Below, piece by piece: positions 48,401-59,868 of a stretch of DNA of 64,000 bases. Each line of letters opens with the position of its first letter. The stretch's first letter is position 1. The notes under the pieces were generated by a model. It was not told the DNA's origin. It made no database searches and was given only the letters and a program-made list of their open reading frames with translations. The position numbers and the translations under genes are program-made. The stretch spans positions 27,530,001 through 27,594,000 of the forward strand of contig CM075987.1 in the NCBI GenBank assembly GCA_038087875.1, written 5' to 3'. The stretch comes from Malacoraja senta. Its lineage: Eukaryota.

Positions 48401-51400
48401 TCTGCCTTAAAAATATCCATTGTCTTGGCCTCCACAGCCTGTAGCAAAGAATTCCACAGATTCACCACCTTCTGACAAAGAAATTCCTCCTCATCTCCTT
48501 CCTTAAGAAAGTTATCCTGCGTCCTTTAATTCTGAGATATGGCCTCTAGTCCTGGACTCCCCCACTAGTGGAAACATCCTCCCCACATTCATTCTATCCA
48601 AGCCTGAGTATTTCCAACGATATTTTTCATTTCAGACTTCCAGCATCTGCGGTGTTTTGCTCGTAGATGGTTGTTTGGTGTGTTGTGCAGGAAGGAACTA
48701 CAGATGCTGGATTAAACAGAAGATAGACACAAAAAGCTGGATCAACTCAGCGGGACAGGCAGCCAGTATGGGGTGTTGTCTTGGTGACTTAACATACCTA
48801 TTATTTCTTTCTTCCAGCATTTGCAGTGCAAATATTTTGGCATCAATCATCTGAAGCTGCAAAAGTATACAGACAACAATCTTTCTCCCTTCCAAGATAA
48901 CGTACAGACAGATCAAGGTTACTATTTACCTTCATTCATTTATTTGACATTTCCTGGTAGGAAGAGAAATGTGTGCCCCCTCAGCATGGTTTAGTAGGAA
49001 TCCTAGTTGACCTTCGTGCCCAGCCCTGTAACATTTCTTCAAGTTTAGTTTAGTTTAGAGATACAGCACAGAAGCAGGCCCACCAGCGATCCCCAAACAC
49101 TAATGCTAACCTACACACACTAGGGGCAATTTACAATTCCTACCGAAGCCAATTAACCTACAAACCTGCACGTCTTTGGAGTGTGGGAGGAAACTGGAGA
49201 TCCCGGTGAAAACCCACGCAGGTCACGGGGAGAAATTACAAACTCCGTACAGACAGCACCCGTAATCAGGATCGAACCCGGGACTCTGGCGCTGTGTGGA
49301 AGCAACTCTAGCGCTGCGCCACCACGTTCCCTCCAACTGCTGTGTTTCCTCCCACATCCTCAAGAAGTGCAGAATGGCAGGTTCATTATCAATGCAAGTT
49401 GCCCGTAGAATTAAGGTGAAAGGTAGGTGAGACCCCGTGGGTTTTCTCCAGGTGCCCCCGGTTTTCTCCCACATTCTAAAGATGTGCAGGTTTGTGAGAT
49501 AATAGGCTTTGGTTAAAAACTGTCCCTAGTGTGTGTAGGATAGTGTTTGTGAACGGGGTGATTGCTTGCCGGCGCAGACTGGGTGGACCAAAGGGTCTGT
49601 TTCTGCTCTGTGTTTCTAAAGTCTAAAGGAACGTGAGGGAGAATTAAAAGGGATTCATGAAAAATTTGTATAAATCAGTGCTTTATACTGATTTATATCT
49701 GGCCAACATGGACTTGAAAGGCTGAAGGGCCTGATGGCCATTCTGCACTGCATGGCTTTATTATTTGAGAACAGTCATAATCTATCCTAAATATGTTTTT
49801 AGTTTCAGTTTAGTTTATTGTCACGTGTACTGAGGTACGGTGAAAAGCTTTTGTTGTGTGCTATCCAGTCAGCAGAAAGACAATACATGATTACAATCGA
49901 GCCATTTACAGTGTACATATACATGATAATGGAATAAAGTTTAGTGCAAGGTAAAGCCAGCAAAGTCCAATCAAGGATAGTCCGAGGGTCTCCAATGAGG
50001 AAGATAGTAGTTCAGGACTGCCCTCTGGTTGTGGTAGGATGGTTCAGTTGCCTGATAACAGCTAGGAAGAAACTGTCCCTGAATCTGGAGGTGTGCGTTT
50101 TCACACTTCTATACCTTTTGCCTGATGGGAGAGGGGTGAAGAGGGAGCGGCCAGGGTGCAATTCGTCCTTGATTAAGCTGCAGGCCTTGCCGAGGCAGCG
50201 TGAGGTGTAGATGGAGCCAATGGAAGGGAGGTTGGTTTGTGTGATGGTCAGGGCAGCATCCACAATTCGCTGCAATTTCTTCATAGGAAAGGTGGTTTTG
50301 TTTAGTTTAGTTTGGAGATACAGTGCGGAAACCGGCCCTTCGGCCCATCGAGTCCGCGCCAACCAGCGATCCCCACACATTAACACTATCCTACACCCAC
50401 TAGGGACAATTTTTACATTTACCAAGCCAATTAACCTACAAACCTGTACGTCTTTGGAGTGTGGGGGGGAACCGAAGATCTCGGAGAAAACCCACGCAGG
50501 TCACGGTGGCGCAGCGTACAAACCCCTTACATGAATGCAGGGTCGCTGATCGAACTCGGGTCTCCAGCGCTGCATTCACTGTAAGGCAGCAACTCTACCG
50601 CTGCGCCACCGTGACTGACCATGTGTAAGGTGAAGTGATGACGGCTTTATATTATGCATTTGTTTGCAGGTTCTGGGCACCCACCTTCTCCCGCCTCTTC
50701 CATAAATGATGAATGTGTCCAACGATGCTCTGATTTACTGGTAAGTTGTCTACTCCAAAGATCATACAGCGCATCTTTGGTCCACTCCTGGTCTGTGATG
50801 GCAAGAGGCATGATGCTGTCTTTACCACAATCACACATGGATGTGCTTAGTACTGATTCTAGAGACCTGGAATAGAAGCGTTCTCATCTTAAAGTTCAAA
50901 AGTGATAGGAGCCGAATTAGGCCATTCGGCCCATCAAGTCTACTCCGCATTCCATCATGGTTGATCTATCTTTCCCTCTCAACCCCATTCTACTGCCTTC
51001 TCCCCATAACTCATGCCCCCCCCCCCCCCTATTAATCAAGAATCTGTCTCTCTGCCTCTATGAACCACTGTTGTATAACGTTAGTACCTCCACCAATGTA
51101 AAGCACTTTGGTCAACGAGAGTTGTTTTTTAAAAGTGCTATAGAAATAAAAGTGACTTGACTTGACTTAAAAAATATCCGTTGCAGGCCTCCACAGCCTT
51201 CTGTGGCAAAGAATTCCACATTCTCTGACTCAAGAAATGCCCCCCCCATCTTCTTTGCTAGAGGAATGTCCTTTTATTCTGAGGCTGTGCCCTCTGGTCC
51301 TAGACTCTCCCACTGGTGGAAACATCTCCACATCCACTCTATCCAGGCCTTTCACTATTTGGTAAGTTTCAATGAGATCCTCCCTCATCCTTCTAAACTC

Positions 51401-53866
51401 CAGCGTGTACAGGCCCAGCGCCATCAAATGTTCATCATATGCTGACCCACTCATTCATGGGAATCCTTCTCATAAAGTGTCATCAAAGACATTTATTTAA
51501 ATGTAGTAGTCTCCACTTGTAAATGGACAGTATAATTAGGACAGCTGAAGGGAATAGAAAACTGATAGCACCTCCACATAATGCATCCATTTATGTCTGA
51601 GTTTGGGTTCTACAAAACTATTTCTATATGTGCATATTAGCACTATATATCTGCTTATCTTATATCTGAGCTTCATCTTTAAAAATACTGCAATGAACCA
51701 ATTAACGTTGACGACAGTCTAAGGAATCCATCAGTCAAGTGTTTTAGATAAAAGCATTGCATCCTAACTGCATTATTACCTGACTAATTCCTGAGCTTAA
51801 AATTGACACAAAAAGCTGGAGTAACTCAGTGGGATAGGCAGCTTCTCTGGAGAGAAGGAATGGGTGAAGTTTCGGGTCGAGACCCTTCCTCAGAAGAAGA
51901 AGAGTCTCGACCTGAAACATCACCCATTCCTTCCCTCCAGGGATGCTGTCTGTCCCGCTGAGTTACTCCAGCTTTTTGTGTCTCTCTTCGGCTTAAACCA
52001 TCATCAGTTCCTCCCTACATACAGTAATTAATGCCCTTGTTTAATTTTAGGGTATGAAAAGTATTTCAATCCATAATGTGGACGGCAGGCACTTCACTAG
52101 CCTGCAGATGAACCTATTGATGAGCCTACCTGGAACCTCCATGTATGCACAGAAGAGTGATTACTTGACAGAGTCCACAGGTGAAGTAGTATGTCTCGTT
52201 ACTGGAATGGATTCTAGTAAATGTTCACTGGACTTCATCAATTTAAGTCTTAACTACATGAAGCAAAATTCTGCGTTTAGTTCAGTTCAGAGATACGCAC
52301 ACTAGGGACAATTTTACATTTATACCAAGCCAATTAACCTACAAACCTGTACGTCTTTGGAGTGTGGGAGGAAACCGATGATGTCGGAGAAAACCCACGC
52401 AGGTTACGCGGAGCTGAGCCAACTCCAGCGAGTACAGGCTCAGTGACGTCAAACGTTCATCATATGTTAACCCACTCATTTCTGGGATCATTCTCGTAAA
52501 GTGTCAAGAAATACATTTATTTCTATGCAGTAATCTCCACTTGTAAATGGACGGTGGGTGGCCCTCTAATTAGGACAGCTGAAGGGAACTGTTAGCACCA
52601 CATATTGCATCCATTTATGTCCATGTGTTTTGGTTCCATGTGTGCATATGAGCACCATATATCTGCTTCTGCCTCCGTACACACAGCACCCGTAGTCACG
52701 AGCAAACCCCCCACCCCTTTCCCTCCTCTGTGCCCCACCCCACCCTGGACTTCCACCTAATTCTCCCGTTCTTTCCCCCCCCCCCCCCCTTGCTATTTTT
52801 GTCCCTCTGGCTTCACAATCCACAACTCTTCAAACCTGACACGTACCTTCTGTTCTTATCTCTGGCTTCCGTTCCATCTACCTGCCTATCAATACCCTCC
52901 TTCACCTATGTCAACCTATTAGCTGTCACCATGCTTCACCCTTTACCAGCTTTCGACTCCCCCTGTCCCCCACCCCACAATTAGTCTGAGGAAGGGTCTC
53001 GACCCAAAACCTCACCTATCTGCTATCCGATGTAGGGGGTTGGAGGGGGGGGGGGTGCTGTCACAGACCAAAGAGCTAGGACTAACATTTTGAAGAAATA
53101 GCTACAGTTCTTACCATTATACTTCATATGTTAATCAAAAACATGTTTTGTGTATATGATAACCATATATAAAGGAGCAAATTAGTAGCAAGATTCCAGG
53201 AATAGCAATTTTAAGTGACTTTCCATCTTAGTTGCTACTAGGTTGTAATGTTTAATGCTATTTCATTTGCAATCTACAGCCAAAGTACAAAGGATTATAG
53301 ATCAAACGGCCAGTGATATCACTCTCACGGGACTTTCAGCAATGGAACCAACAGCCTCCGGGGGCCAGAACGGCATTTCTGGTGACACACAGAGAAAACA
53401 GCAAGACCTCAGCTCTGCTATTGAAGTGGTAGCTCCAACATTGGAACAGGCAGATTCTGTGGACCAGATCAACGTTCCTGTTGGCGGACAAGATCAACGG
53501 CAGCAACTCAGCGCTTCCACTGAAGTAGGACCTCCGTTAGAACAAGCGAGGTCTGAGGACGAGGGTGGACTTCCAATTGCCAAACCTGATGATGAGCAAG
53601 ACCTCAGTGCTGCTACTGAGGCGGCATCTCCAACGACGGAGCGGGGAGACTCCGAGGAGCAAAGCAACGTTCCAACCGTTGAAAGGGATGAACTGCCAGA
53701 GCAGGAATTGGCAGGCACAGGGATGGATGAACGGGAAGACCTCAGTGCCACTGCTGAAACGGAATCTCCAAGATTGGACCAGGGTGAAGAGGACCAGAGA
53801 GCTCTTCCAACTGCAGAAAGAAATGAACAGAAAGATTTGGGAGCTGTCGCCGAAAGCACAGTTTGA
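36274..53866 (+). CDS. C9orf43: C9orf43-like (DUF4647) protein, ~642 aa
   Basis: The N-terminus [29 protein letters not shown]...DDLPPLNIL matches my recollection of human C9orf43 ([29 protein letters not shown]...DKLPVLTVV). Phase-consistent exons: 36274-36433, 38416-38593, 40969-41044, 42762-42883, 43786-43903, 45132-45301, 46582-46798, 48818-48917, 50670-50740, 52051-52180, 53280-53866 (1929 nt). Confidence 0.8.
36780..37282 (+). mobile_element. Rex1/Babar-like LINE 3' fragment
   Basis: [29 protein letters not shown]...HPGHSL...[13 protein letters not shown]. Same 3' UTR at 19372-19510, 35845-35980 and 49800-50290 (minus). Confidence 0.8.
38416..38593 (+). CDS. C9orf43: C9orf43-like exon ([14 protein letters not shown]...)
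   Basis: tttgcag / gtgagg, phase 1 to 2. Confidence 0.8.
39945..40150. repeat. Tandem triplication (~66 bp) of a Penelope terminal-repeat segment
   Basis: AAACGTCACCTATCCATGTTCTCCAGAGATGCTGCCTGACCCGCTGAGTTACTCCAGCACTCTGT x3. Confidence 0.85.
40969..41044 (+). CDS. C9orf43: C9orf43-like exon ([25 protein letters not shown])
   Basis: ttacag / gttggt, phase 2 to 0. Confidence 0.7.
42762..42883 (+). CDS. C9orf43: C9orf43-like exon ([28 protein letters not shown]...)
   Basis: ctgtag / gtaagg, phase 0 to 2. FIWVP resembles the VLWIP motif of C9orf43. Confidence 0.75.
42960..43268 (+). mobile_element. tRNA-derived V-SINE (HE1-like)
   Basis: A/B-box head ggtggcacagcgg...ggttccatccc, V-domain-like core ggagtttgtacgttctccc...gggttttctcc, (CTAAA)n tail. 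Other copies at 34045-34350, 36445-36760, 39020-39240, 49045-49325, 50295-50615 and 52275-52410 (minus), and 37465-37595 and 49430-49625 (plus). Confidence 0.85.
43786..43903 (+). CDS. C9orf43: C9orf43-like exon ([18 protein letters not shown]...)
   Basis: ttccag / gtgagt, phase 2 to 0. Confidence 0.75.
45132..45301 (+). CDS. C9orf43: C9orf43-like exon ([15 protein letters not shown]...)
   Basis: ttctcctcag / gtaatg, phase 0 to 2; in-frame alternative acceptor at 45057. Confidence 0.7.
45695..46480 (-). mobile_element. CR1 LINE 3' fragment
   Basis: ORFs 45875-46240 and 46247-46471; same subfamily as 16430-17098. Further fragments at 830-1250, 37845-38300, 38625-38940, 39250-39590, 41095-41555, 48250-48605, 50900-51470 and 59950-60365. 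Confidence 0.85.
46582..46798 (+). CDS. C9orf43: C9orf43-like exon ([12 protein letters not shown]...[10 protein letters not shown]...)
   Basis: cctacag / gtaaaa, phase 2 to 0. Confidence 0.75.
46856..48150 (-). mobile_element. Rex1/Babar LINE 3' fragment interrupted by a CR1
   Basis: [18 protein letters not shown]...[14 protein letters not shown]...[13 protein letters not shown]. Confidence 0.8.
46966..47572 (+). mobile_element. Young CR1 3' fragment (same subfamily as the 24911 and 30974 copies)
   Basis: ORF 46932-47480 is nearly identical to the C-terminus of the long copies. Confidence 0.92.
48818..48917 (+). CDS. C9orf43: C9orf43-like exon ([17 protein letters not shown]...)
   Basis: cttccag / gttact, phase 0 to 1. 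Confidence 0.65.
49800..50290 (-). mobile_element. Rex1/Babar-like LINE 3' fragment
   Basis: ORF 50012-50425 C-terminal part; same family as 36780-37282. Confidence 0.8.
50670..50740 (+). CDS. C9orf43: C9orf43-like exon ([24 protein letters not shown])
   Basis: tttgcag / gtaagt, phase 1 to 0. Confidence 0.72.
52051..52180 (+). CDS. C9orf43: C9orf43-like exon ([15 protein letters not shown]...)
   Basis: ttttag / gtgaag, phase 0 to 1. Confidence 0.68.
53280..53866 (+). CDS. C9orf43: C9orf43-like terminal exon with acidic tandem repeats
   Basis: tctacag acceptor in phase 1; ORF 53255-53866; QDLSA-type repeats. Confidence 0.75.
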
Positions 53867-54779
53867 TCAGGGAACCAGGGAACGGTGAGAGCCCTGAAGA
53901 TCCGCAGAATGACTTTACAATTGCTAAAAGTGTTGAAGGGCAAGATTCAGAAGCTGCCGTTTTAAATGGATTATGAATATTAAATGGATTAACATGATGA
54001 ATAGGAGAATTATCATCACAAGTTGATTCTTCACTTTTACACTTAAAATGTTACATCATAGGTATTGACTTTTTCAAATGAGTCACCAGGATTCAGGAAC
54101 AGCGAGCTTTGCAAGGAATTGTGGTGATCAACCTGCAAGCTGGTGATGGGAGAGAACCTAAACATTCTTACATTTCATTGTCTGCTGGTCCTCGATGACC
54201 ATCCCCGATCAGTCAAACAATGGACAAAGTCCAGTCCACACTCTGGCACGGCAACTTGAAGTCAACTCCAGATCACCATTCATACTGGATCAGAAACGTT
54301 CTGTATTATGAACACCACTGCATTCTGTACTTGCTATCTGTTTTCTAAAATGTGCTCAACATTTTTATCCCTTCATTGTACACGGTAAATCCATTTAAAA
54401 ATCCTCAATTAGTTCTATTTATTTAATGACATAAAAAATTGAAACAAGGTGATTTGGTCCCTCTTTGGTTTGTCTTCATTACAATGGGGGCTGATGTTCT
54501 ACATCACCTGTGCTTTCCTCAACAACCCCACATCCCTTGATTCCCTTTATAGTTAAAATCTTGATCTCTGTCCTGAATGTCTAGGCAACAAAGCCTCTTG
54601 GGCGGGGAATTGCAACGATTCATTACCCTCTGGATCAAATGATTACTGCTCAGTCCTGATTGTACAACCATTGCGGCATGAAGCATGAATGCACCGAGAG
54701 TTCTGCCACATCCTCTCTCGCTGCTCCCTCTGTGATTCCTCGAGCTCTCCGGCTCTACGACCACGTTTTAACCCAGACT

Positions 54780-55078
54780 CTCTACCACAGCCACAGGTGT
54801 TCATTGGGTGCTTGCCTGCGCCTCCATCTAATCTCACTGTAACTAGGTTCTCACCTAACACACAGCTAACAATGGTCTGTTTCGTTTATCATTGTTACTT
54901 TGTTTGCATATCTTTCATTCATTTGTTCTATATCTCTCGACATTCTATATCTCATGTTTCTCTTTCCCCCGACTCTCAGTCTGAAGAAGGGTCTCGACCA
55001 GAAATGACACCTATTCCTTCTCTCCAGAGATGCTGTCTGACCCGCTGAGTTACTCCAGCTTTTAGTGTCTATCTTCCA
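54780..55078 (+). mobile_element. Penelope-like 3' remnant with terminal repeat
   Basis: Reverse-complement match to 35180-35400 and 1-100; CTGAAGAAGGGTCTCGACC at 54981. Confidence 0.7.
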
Positions 55079-55904
55079 TATCTTGAGACAATGACTGTGG
55101 CTCTAGATCCTCCAGCCAGGAGAAAAATTACCCTGCATCTACTCTGTCGGGCCGCATAAGAGTTTTGTACATTTCTCTAAATTCAACTCTCATTCTTCAG
55201 AAGTGAAGAGAGTACAGCCCAGTCTGCATCATTTCACTTCACCCTTGGCCATGATCCAAATGAAACACATTGGAGCAGAGTCCCGAGGCTGGCTGCCTAT
55301 TCCAGCTTCTATTGTTTATATTCTCAATTACCCACCATTTCACCACGAATCTGGTGAAACTTTGCTGCACTCCCTTTTTCTACGTATATCATATCTTGGG
55401 GATGTGTTGGGTGGGAGGGGGGTGGAGCAGATTTCCAGAGGATCTTCACAATTGCAACAAGTTGAATATTCAAATTATCTTGCAATAAAGGCCAATTTCA
55501 CACCCATTTGCATGCTGAAGCTACGTTAACTTTCAACAATCTATATCTGAGGGACAACAAAATGTGTCGGAAGGAACTGCAGATGCTGGTTCACAATGAA
55601 GATAGACACAAAATGCTGGAGTAACTGCAGGGCAGGGCAGCATCTCAGGAGAAAAGGAATGGGTGACGAATTGGGTTGAGGGATGAAGGGTCCTGACCCA
55701 AAACGTCACCCATTCCTTCTCTCCAGAGATGCTGCCTGACCTGCTGAGTTACTCCAGCATTCTGTGTCTTTATTTATCAGCCCTACAGGTTTGGCCACCA
55801 TATTTTCTTTATTTGATTACATTCCACTAAAGTGTTTGTGTTGGGTTAAATTCACTAAATAGAAGCTGCAACAGGGACAATGATACAGGGGGAGTGAGGA
55901 AATT

Positions 55905-56345
55905 AAACGCATATGTAGTATCTGTAGGGAGGAACACATATGTAGTATCTGTAGGAGGAACACATATGTAGTATCTGTAGGAACATAGGTAGTAGCTTGG
56001 AAGGAACATGTGCAGTATCTGTAGGAAGGAACACATGTGGTATATGTAGGGAGTAACACATGTGGTATCTGTAGGAACATATGTAGTAGCTAGGAAGGAA
56101 CACGTGCAGTATCTGTAGGAAGGAACACATGTGGTATATGTAGGGAGTAACACATGTATCTAAGAAGGAACACATATGTAGTATCTGTAAGAACACATGT
56201 AGTATCTAGGCAGCTACACACATGTAGTATTTGTGAGAACACATGTACTATCTGTAGGAGGAACACATGTAGTATCTGTAGGAGTACATACAGTATCTAA
56301 GAAGGAACACATATGTAGTATCTGCAAGAACACATGCAGTATCCA
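55905..56345. repeat. ~24-28 bp minisatellite (GAACACATGTAGTATCTGTAGGAAG)
   Basis: About 17 diverged units ending at the CpG island. Confidence 0.9.
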
Positions 56346-56349
56346 TAGT

Positions 56350-56491
56350 GCAGGCAGTGCCCGCCCGCCCGCGCCGCTGTCCGGGCCGCGCCGTCAGTGA
56401 AACACAGAGACAACGTGGGCGGGGCGGGGCGGGCGGCCAGCAATGGCGGGGAGAGGGGTCACAGGTCAAGCGGCGGGAACGCGCGGTGAGT
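56350..56491 (+). promoter_or_regulatory. LRSAM1: CpG-island promoter and non-coding first exon of LRSAM1
   Basis: GC boxes GGGCGGGGCGGGGCGGG and donor CGCG|gtgagt at 56486, upstream of the LRSAM1 coding exon. Confidence 0.6.
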
Positions 56492-57799
56492 GAGGGAGAG
56501 GGAGGGATAGAGGGGGAGAGTGGCCTGTGTGAGGGGAGGGGGGAGGGGAGGGGAGATGTGAGTGAGTGAGGGAGGGAGAAATAGTGAGAAGGATGGGGGG
56601 GAGGGAGGAGAGTGAGGAGCGAAGATAGAAGTAGGAGGGAGAGGTGGTGAGGACAGAGGGAGAGTGTGAGGGTGAATGATGGAGGGGGAGAGGGAGGGGG
56701 GAAGGAAGGAAGGAGAGGGAGAGGGATGGGGAGTGAGGGGAGATGAATGAGGGAGGTGTGTAGGGTGAGGGAGGGAGGGGGGGTGAGGGTTGAGGGGAGG
56801 TGTGGGAGGGAGGGAGGGAGAGGTTGAGGGGATGGGGGGAGTGTGGGGAGGAGGGAGGGTGAGGGTTTGAGGGGGGTGGGGGGAGGTGTGGGAGGGAGGG
56901 AGGGAGAGGGTTGAGGGGGATGGGGGGAGGTGTGGGAGGGAGGGAGGGGAGAGGGTTGAGGGGGGTGGGGGGAGGTGTGGGGAGGGAGGGAGAGGGTTGA
57001 GGGGGGTGGGGGGAGGTGTGGGAGGGAGGGAGGGTGAGGGTGAGGGGGGTGGGGGGAGGTGTGGGAGGGAGGGAGAGGTTGAGGGGATGGGGGGAGGTGT
57101 GGGAGGGAGAGGGTTGAGGGGATGGGGGGAGGTGTGGGAGGGAGGGAGGGAGAGGGTTGAGGGGATGGGGGGAGGTGTGGGAGGGAGGGAGGGTGAGGTT
57201 GAGGGGGTGGGGGGGAGGTGTGGGAGGGAGGGAGGGTGAGGGTTGAGGGGTGGGGGGGGAGGTGTGGGAGGGAGGGAGGGTGAGGGTGAGGGGGTGGGGG
57301 AGGTGTGGGAGGGAGGGAGAGGGTTGAGGGGATGGGGGGAGGTGTGGGAGGGAGGGAGAGGGTTGAGGGGGGTGGGGGGAGGTGTGGGAGGGAGGGAGGG
57401 TGAGGGTTGAGGGGGGTGGGGGGAGGTGTGGGAGGGAGGGAGAGGGTTGAGGGGATGGGGGGAGGTGTGGGAGGGAGGGAGAGGGTTGAGGGGGGTGGGG
57501 GGAGGTGTGGGAGGGAGGGAGAGGGGTTGAGGGGATGGGGGGAGGTGTGGGAGGGAGGGAGAGGGTTGAGGGGATGGGGGGAGGTGTGGGGAGGGAGGGA
57601 GAGGGTTGAGGGGATGGGGGGAGGTGTGGGGGGAGGGAGGAGGGAGAGGGTTGAGGGGATGGGGGGAGGTGTGGAGGGAGGGAGGGTGAGGGTTGAGGGG
57701 GTGGGGGGAGGTGTGGGAGGGAGGGAGGAGGGTTGAGGGGGATGGGGGGAGGTGTGGGAGGGAGGGAGAGGTTGGGGAGGGGGGGGAGGTGTGGGAGGG
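56492..57799. repeat. G/purine-rich minisatellite (GGGAGGTGTGGGAGGGAGGGAGAGGGTTGAGGGGATGG, ~40 bp)
   Basis: About 1.3 kb almost without C on the + strand; runs into an assembly gap. Confidence 0.95.
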
Positions 57800-57999
57800 N
57801 NNNNNNNNNNNNNNNNNNNNNNNNNNNNNNNNNNNNNNNNNNNNNNNNNNNNNNNNNNNNNNNNNNNNNNNNNNNNNNNNNNNNNNNNNNNNNNNNNNNN
57901 NNNNNNNNNNNNNNNNNNNNNNNNNNNNNNNNNNNNNNNNNNNNNNNNNNNNNNNNNNNNNNNNNNNNNNNNNNNNNNNNNNNNNNNNNNNNNNNNNNN
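57800..57999. other. Assembly gap (200 N)
   Basis: Run of N. Confidence 1.
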
Positions 58000-59868
58000 G
58001 CTGTACTCATTAATGTACAGTACGAGGTGTCCAAGGAATCCAACTAACTAACAGTACGAGGTGACCAAGGAATCCAACTAAATCCAAGACACATTCCTTC
58101 GAAACCCGTCCCATCATAAATTGTAACCCATTCATAAATTTACAACATCAATGGATAAAATACTAGCCTTCTCTTTCGTTTAAAAAAATGCCCTAGCTAA
58201 TCCACTCTTCCCCGATTGGGGTGAACAGCTGGATTAAGTAGGCTGGCCCTCATTCTTTATAGTTTAGAAAAATAAGAGATGACCTCACCCTTAGAAGACT
58301 GGGTAGAGTAGACACAGGAAAATAATACGAGGAGTCATGGTCTATAAATAATGGACATGTCAATAGACAACAGGCAATAGGTGCAGATGTAGGCCATTCG
58401 GCCATTCAATGATCATCCACAATCAGTACCCCGTTCCTGCCTCCTCCCCATAACCCCGGACTCCCCTATCTTTAAGAGCCCTATCTAGCTCTCTCTTGAA
58501 AGTATCCAGAGAACCTGCCTCCACCGCCCTCCGAGGCAGAGAATTCCACAGACTCACAACTCTCTGTGTGAAAAAGGAGACCAAGCTGAGAAGATTTTCT
58601 ATCCGTCAAAGAGTGGAATCTTTGGGATTCTCTATCCTAACGGGCTGTGATTTCCTGGTTTTTAGAGGAATCAAGGACTAAGGGGATGGGGCAGGAACAC
58701 GGTGCTAAGGTAGAAGATCAAACATGGTCTCGCTTCAAGGCAGAGCAAGCTCAAATGGTCAAGTGGCATACTTCAATTTCTTATCGTTATGTATTTCAAT
58801 CAGTAGAAATGCAAAGCAAAAGAGGGTGTGATAGTGGACTGGGTTAATGTTAGGAGATGAAGTTCAGTAAGTAGAAGGCAGTGTGGAAAAAAACAAAGTT
58901 ATGTTGGGAATAACATGTACAAATTGGAGCTCGGCCAGTTGAACTGCTGATGTGTGGTTCGGGAATGGTGGACTGGGCAGGACTGTTTGAAATCAGTGTC
59001 CGGAATGAGGAAGTGAGGATTCAGTGCAAAGATTCAGATCGAACGGGGTCTCTACCACTGCACCACTCATTTTCTGATTTTTTCCCTTCCTTCCCTTTTG
59101 AAAACCATGATTTATTTTTCACTTGTTTGTTCTTGTTCCCCTTCCCACCCTACTGTCCATGCTTTCTCCTATCTCCTGTTTACCACTCTTTTCCCACCGC
59201 ACTGATCCATGCTCCAACACCTTCCTCCCAGCTGTGTTCCCGTTTTCTTGCCCTCCCCCCCCCCGCAAGGAGAGCTGACCAGACGCTGCTTTCTAATCGC
59301 TGCACCCTGTCTTCACACGTTGTGTTCAACCCGTAGCATCTCTACTATCTTTACCCAGCTGACTCCTCTCCCTCATCTTCCAATCTCCACCTTAGTCTCT
59401 TTCCTTCTCTTCTATCTCTTTTGCTCGCATCCTCTTTCTTTCTCTGTCCATCTCGCTGCAGTGTCTCCTGTTCTCTTTGTCAGCCCTTGTCTCTCTTATC
59501 CTGGGCCCACAGTGTCTGCATTTTTTTTTCTCTGTCCACTACCTCTGCCATGGTATATCTCTGCTCTTTTTTCCTCTGCCCCCTCAATTTCCCTTTGTAT
59601 ACTTGGTCCACGGGAACAAAATTGGTCCCTCTGTCTCACTCTTCCACCCTTCCTTTTTAACCCCCTCATCCCCTGTCTCTTCCCCTGCCCCCCCGCCCCC
59701 CCCATCCATTCCTTCCTTCTCACAGTTCCCTCCCTCGCTGCTGCTAAGTAACCAAAGTTTGAGGATCTATTTTGTTTGCTGAGTGCTCTTGTGTTTGATA
59801 GTCTCACTGCAAGTTGAGCAAATGTTGAACAGACTCAACATGTAATGCTCTCCTCTCGTTTTGGACAG

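Noticed and set aside
55905..56345. CRISPR-like array
   Set aside because: Units are contiguous without unique spacers; eukaryotic context; no cas genes.
56466..58043. 525-aa Pro-rich ORF and the Gly-rich ORFs on the opposite strand
   Set aside because: Translations of a G-rich minisatellite plus an N gap.
58017..58082. 34-bp tandem duplicate next to the gap
   Set aside because: Small contig-edge duplication with no evident function.
59050..59810. Several 100-180 aa ORFs
   Set aside because: Pyrimidine-rich low-complexity intronic sequence.
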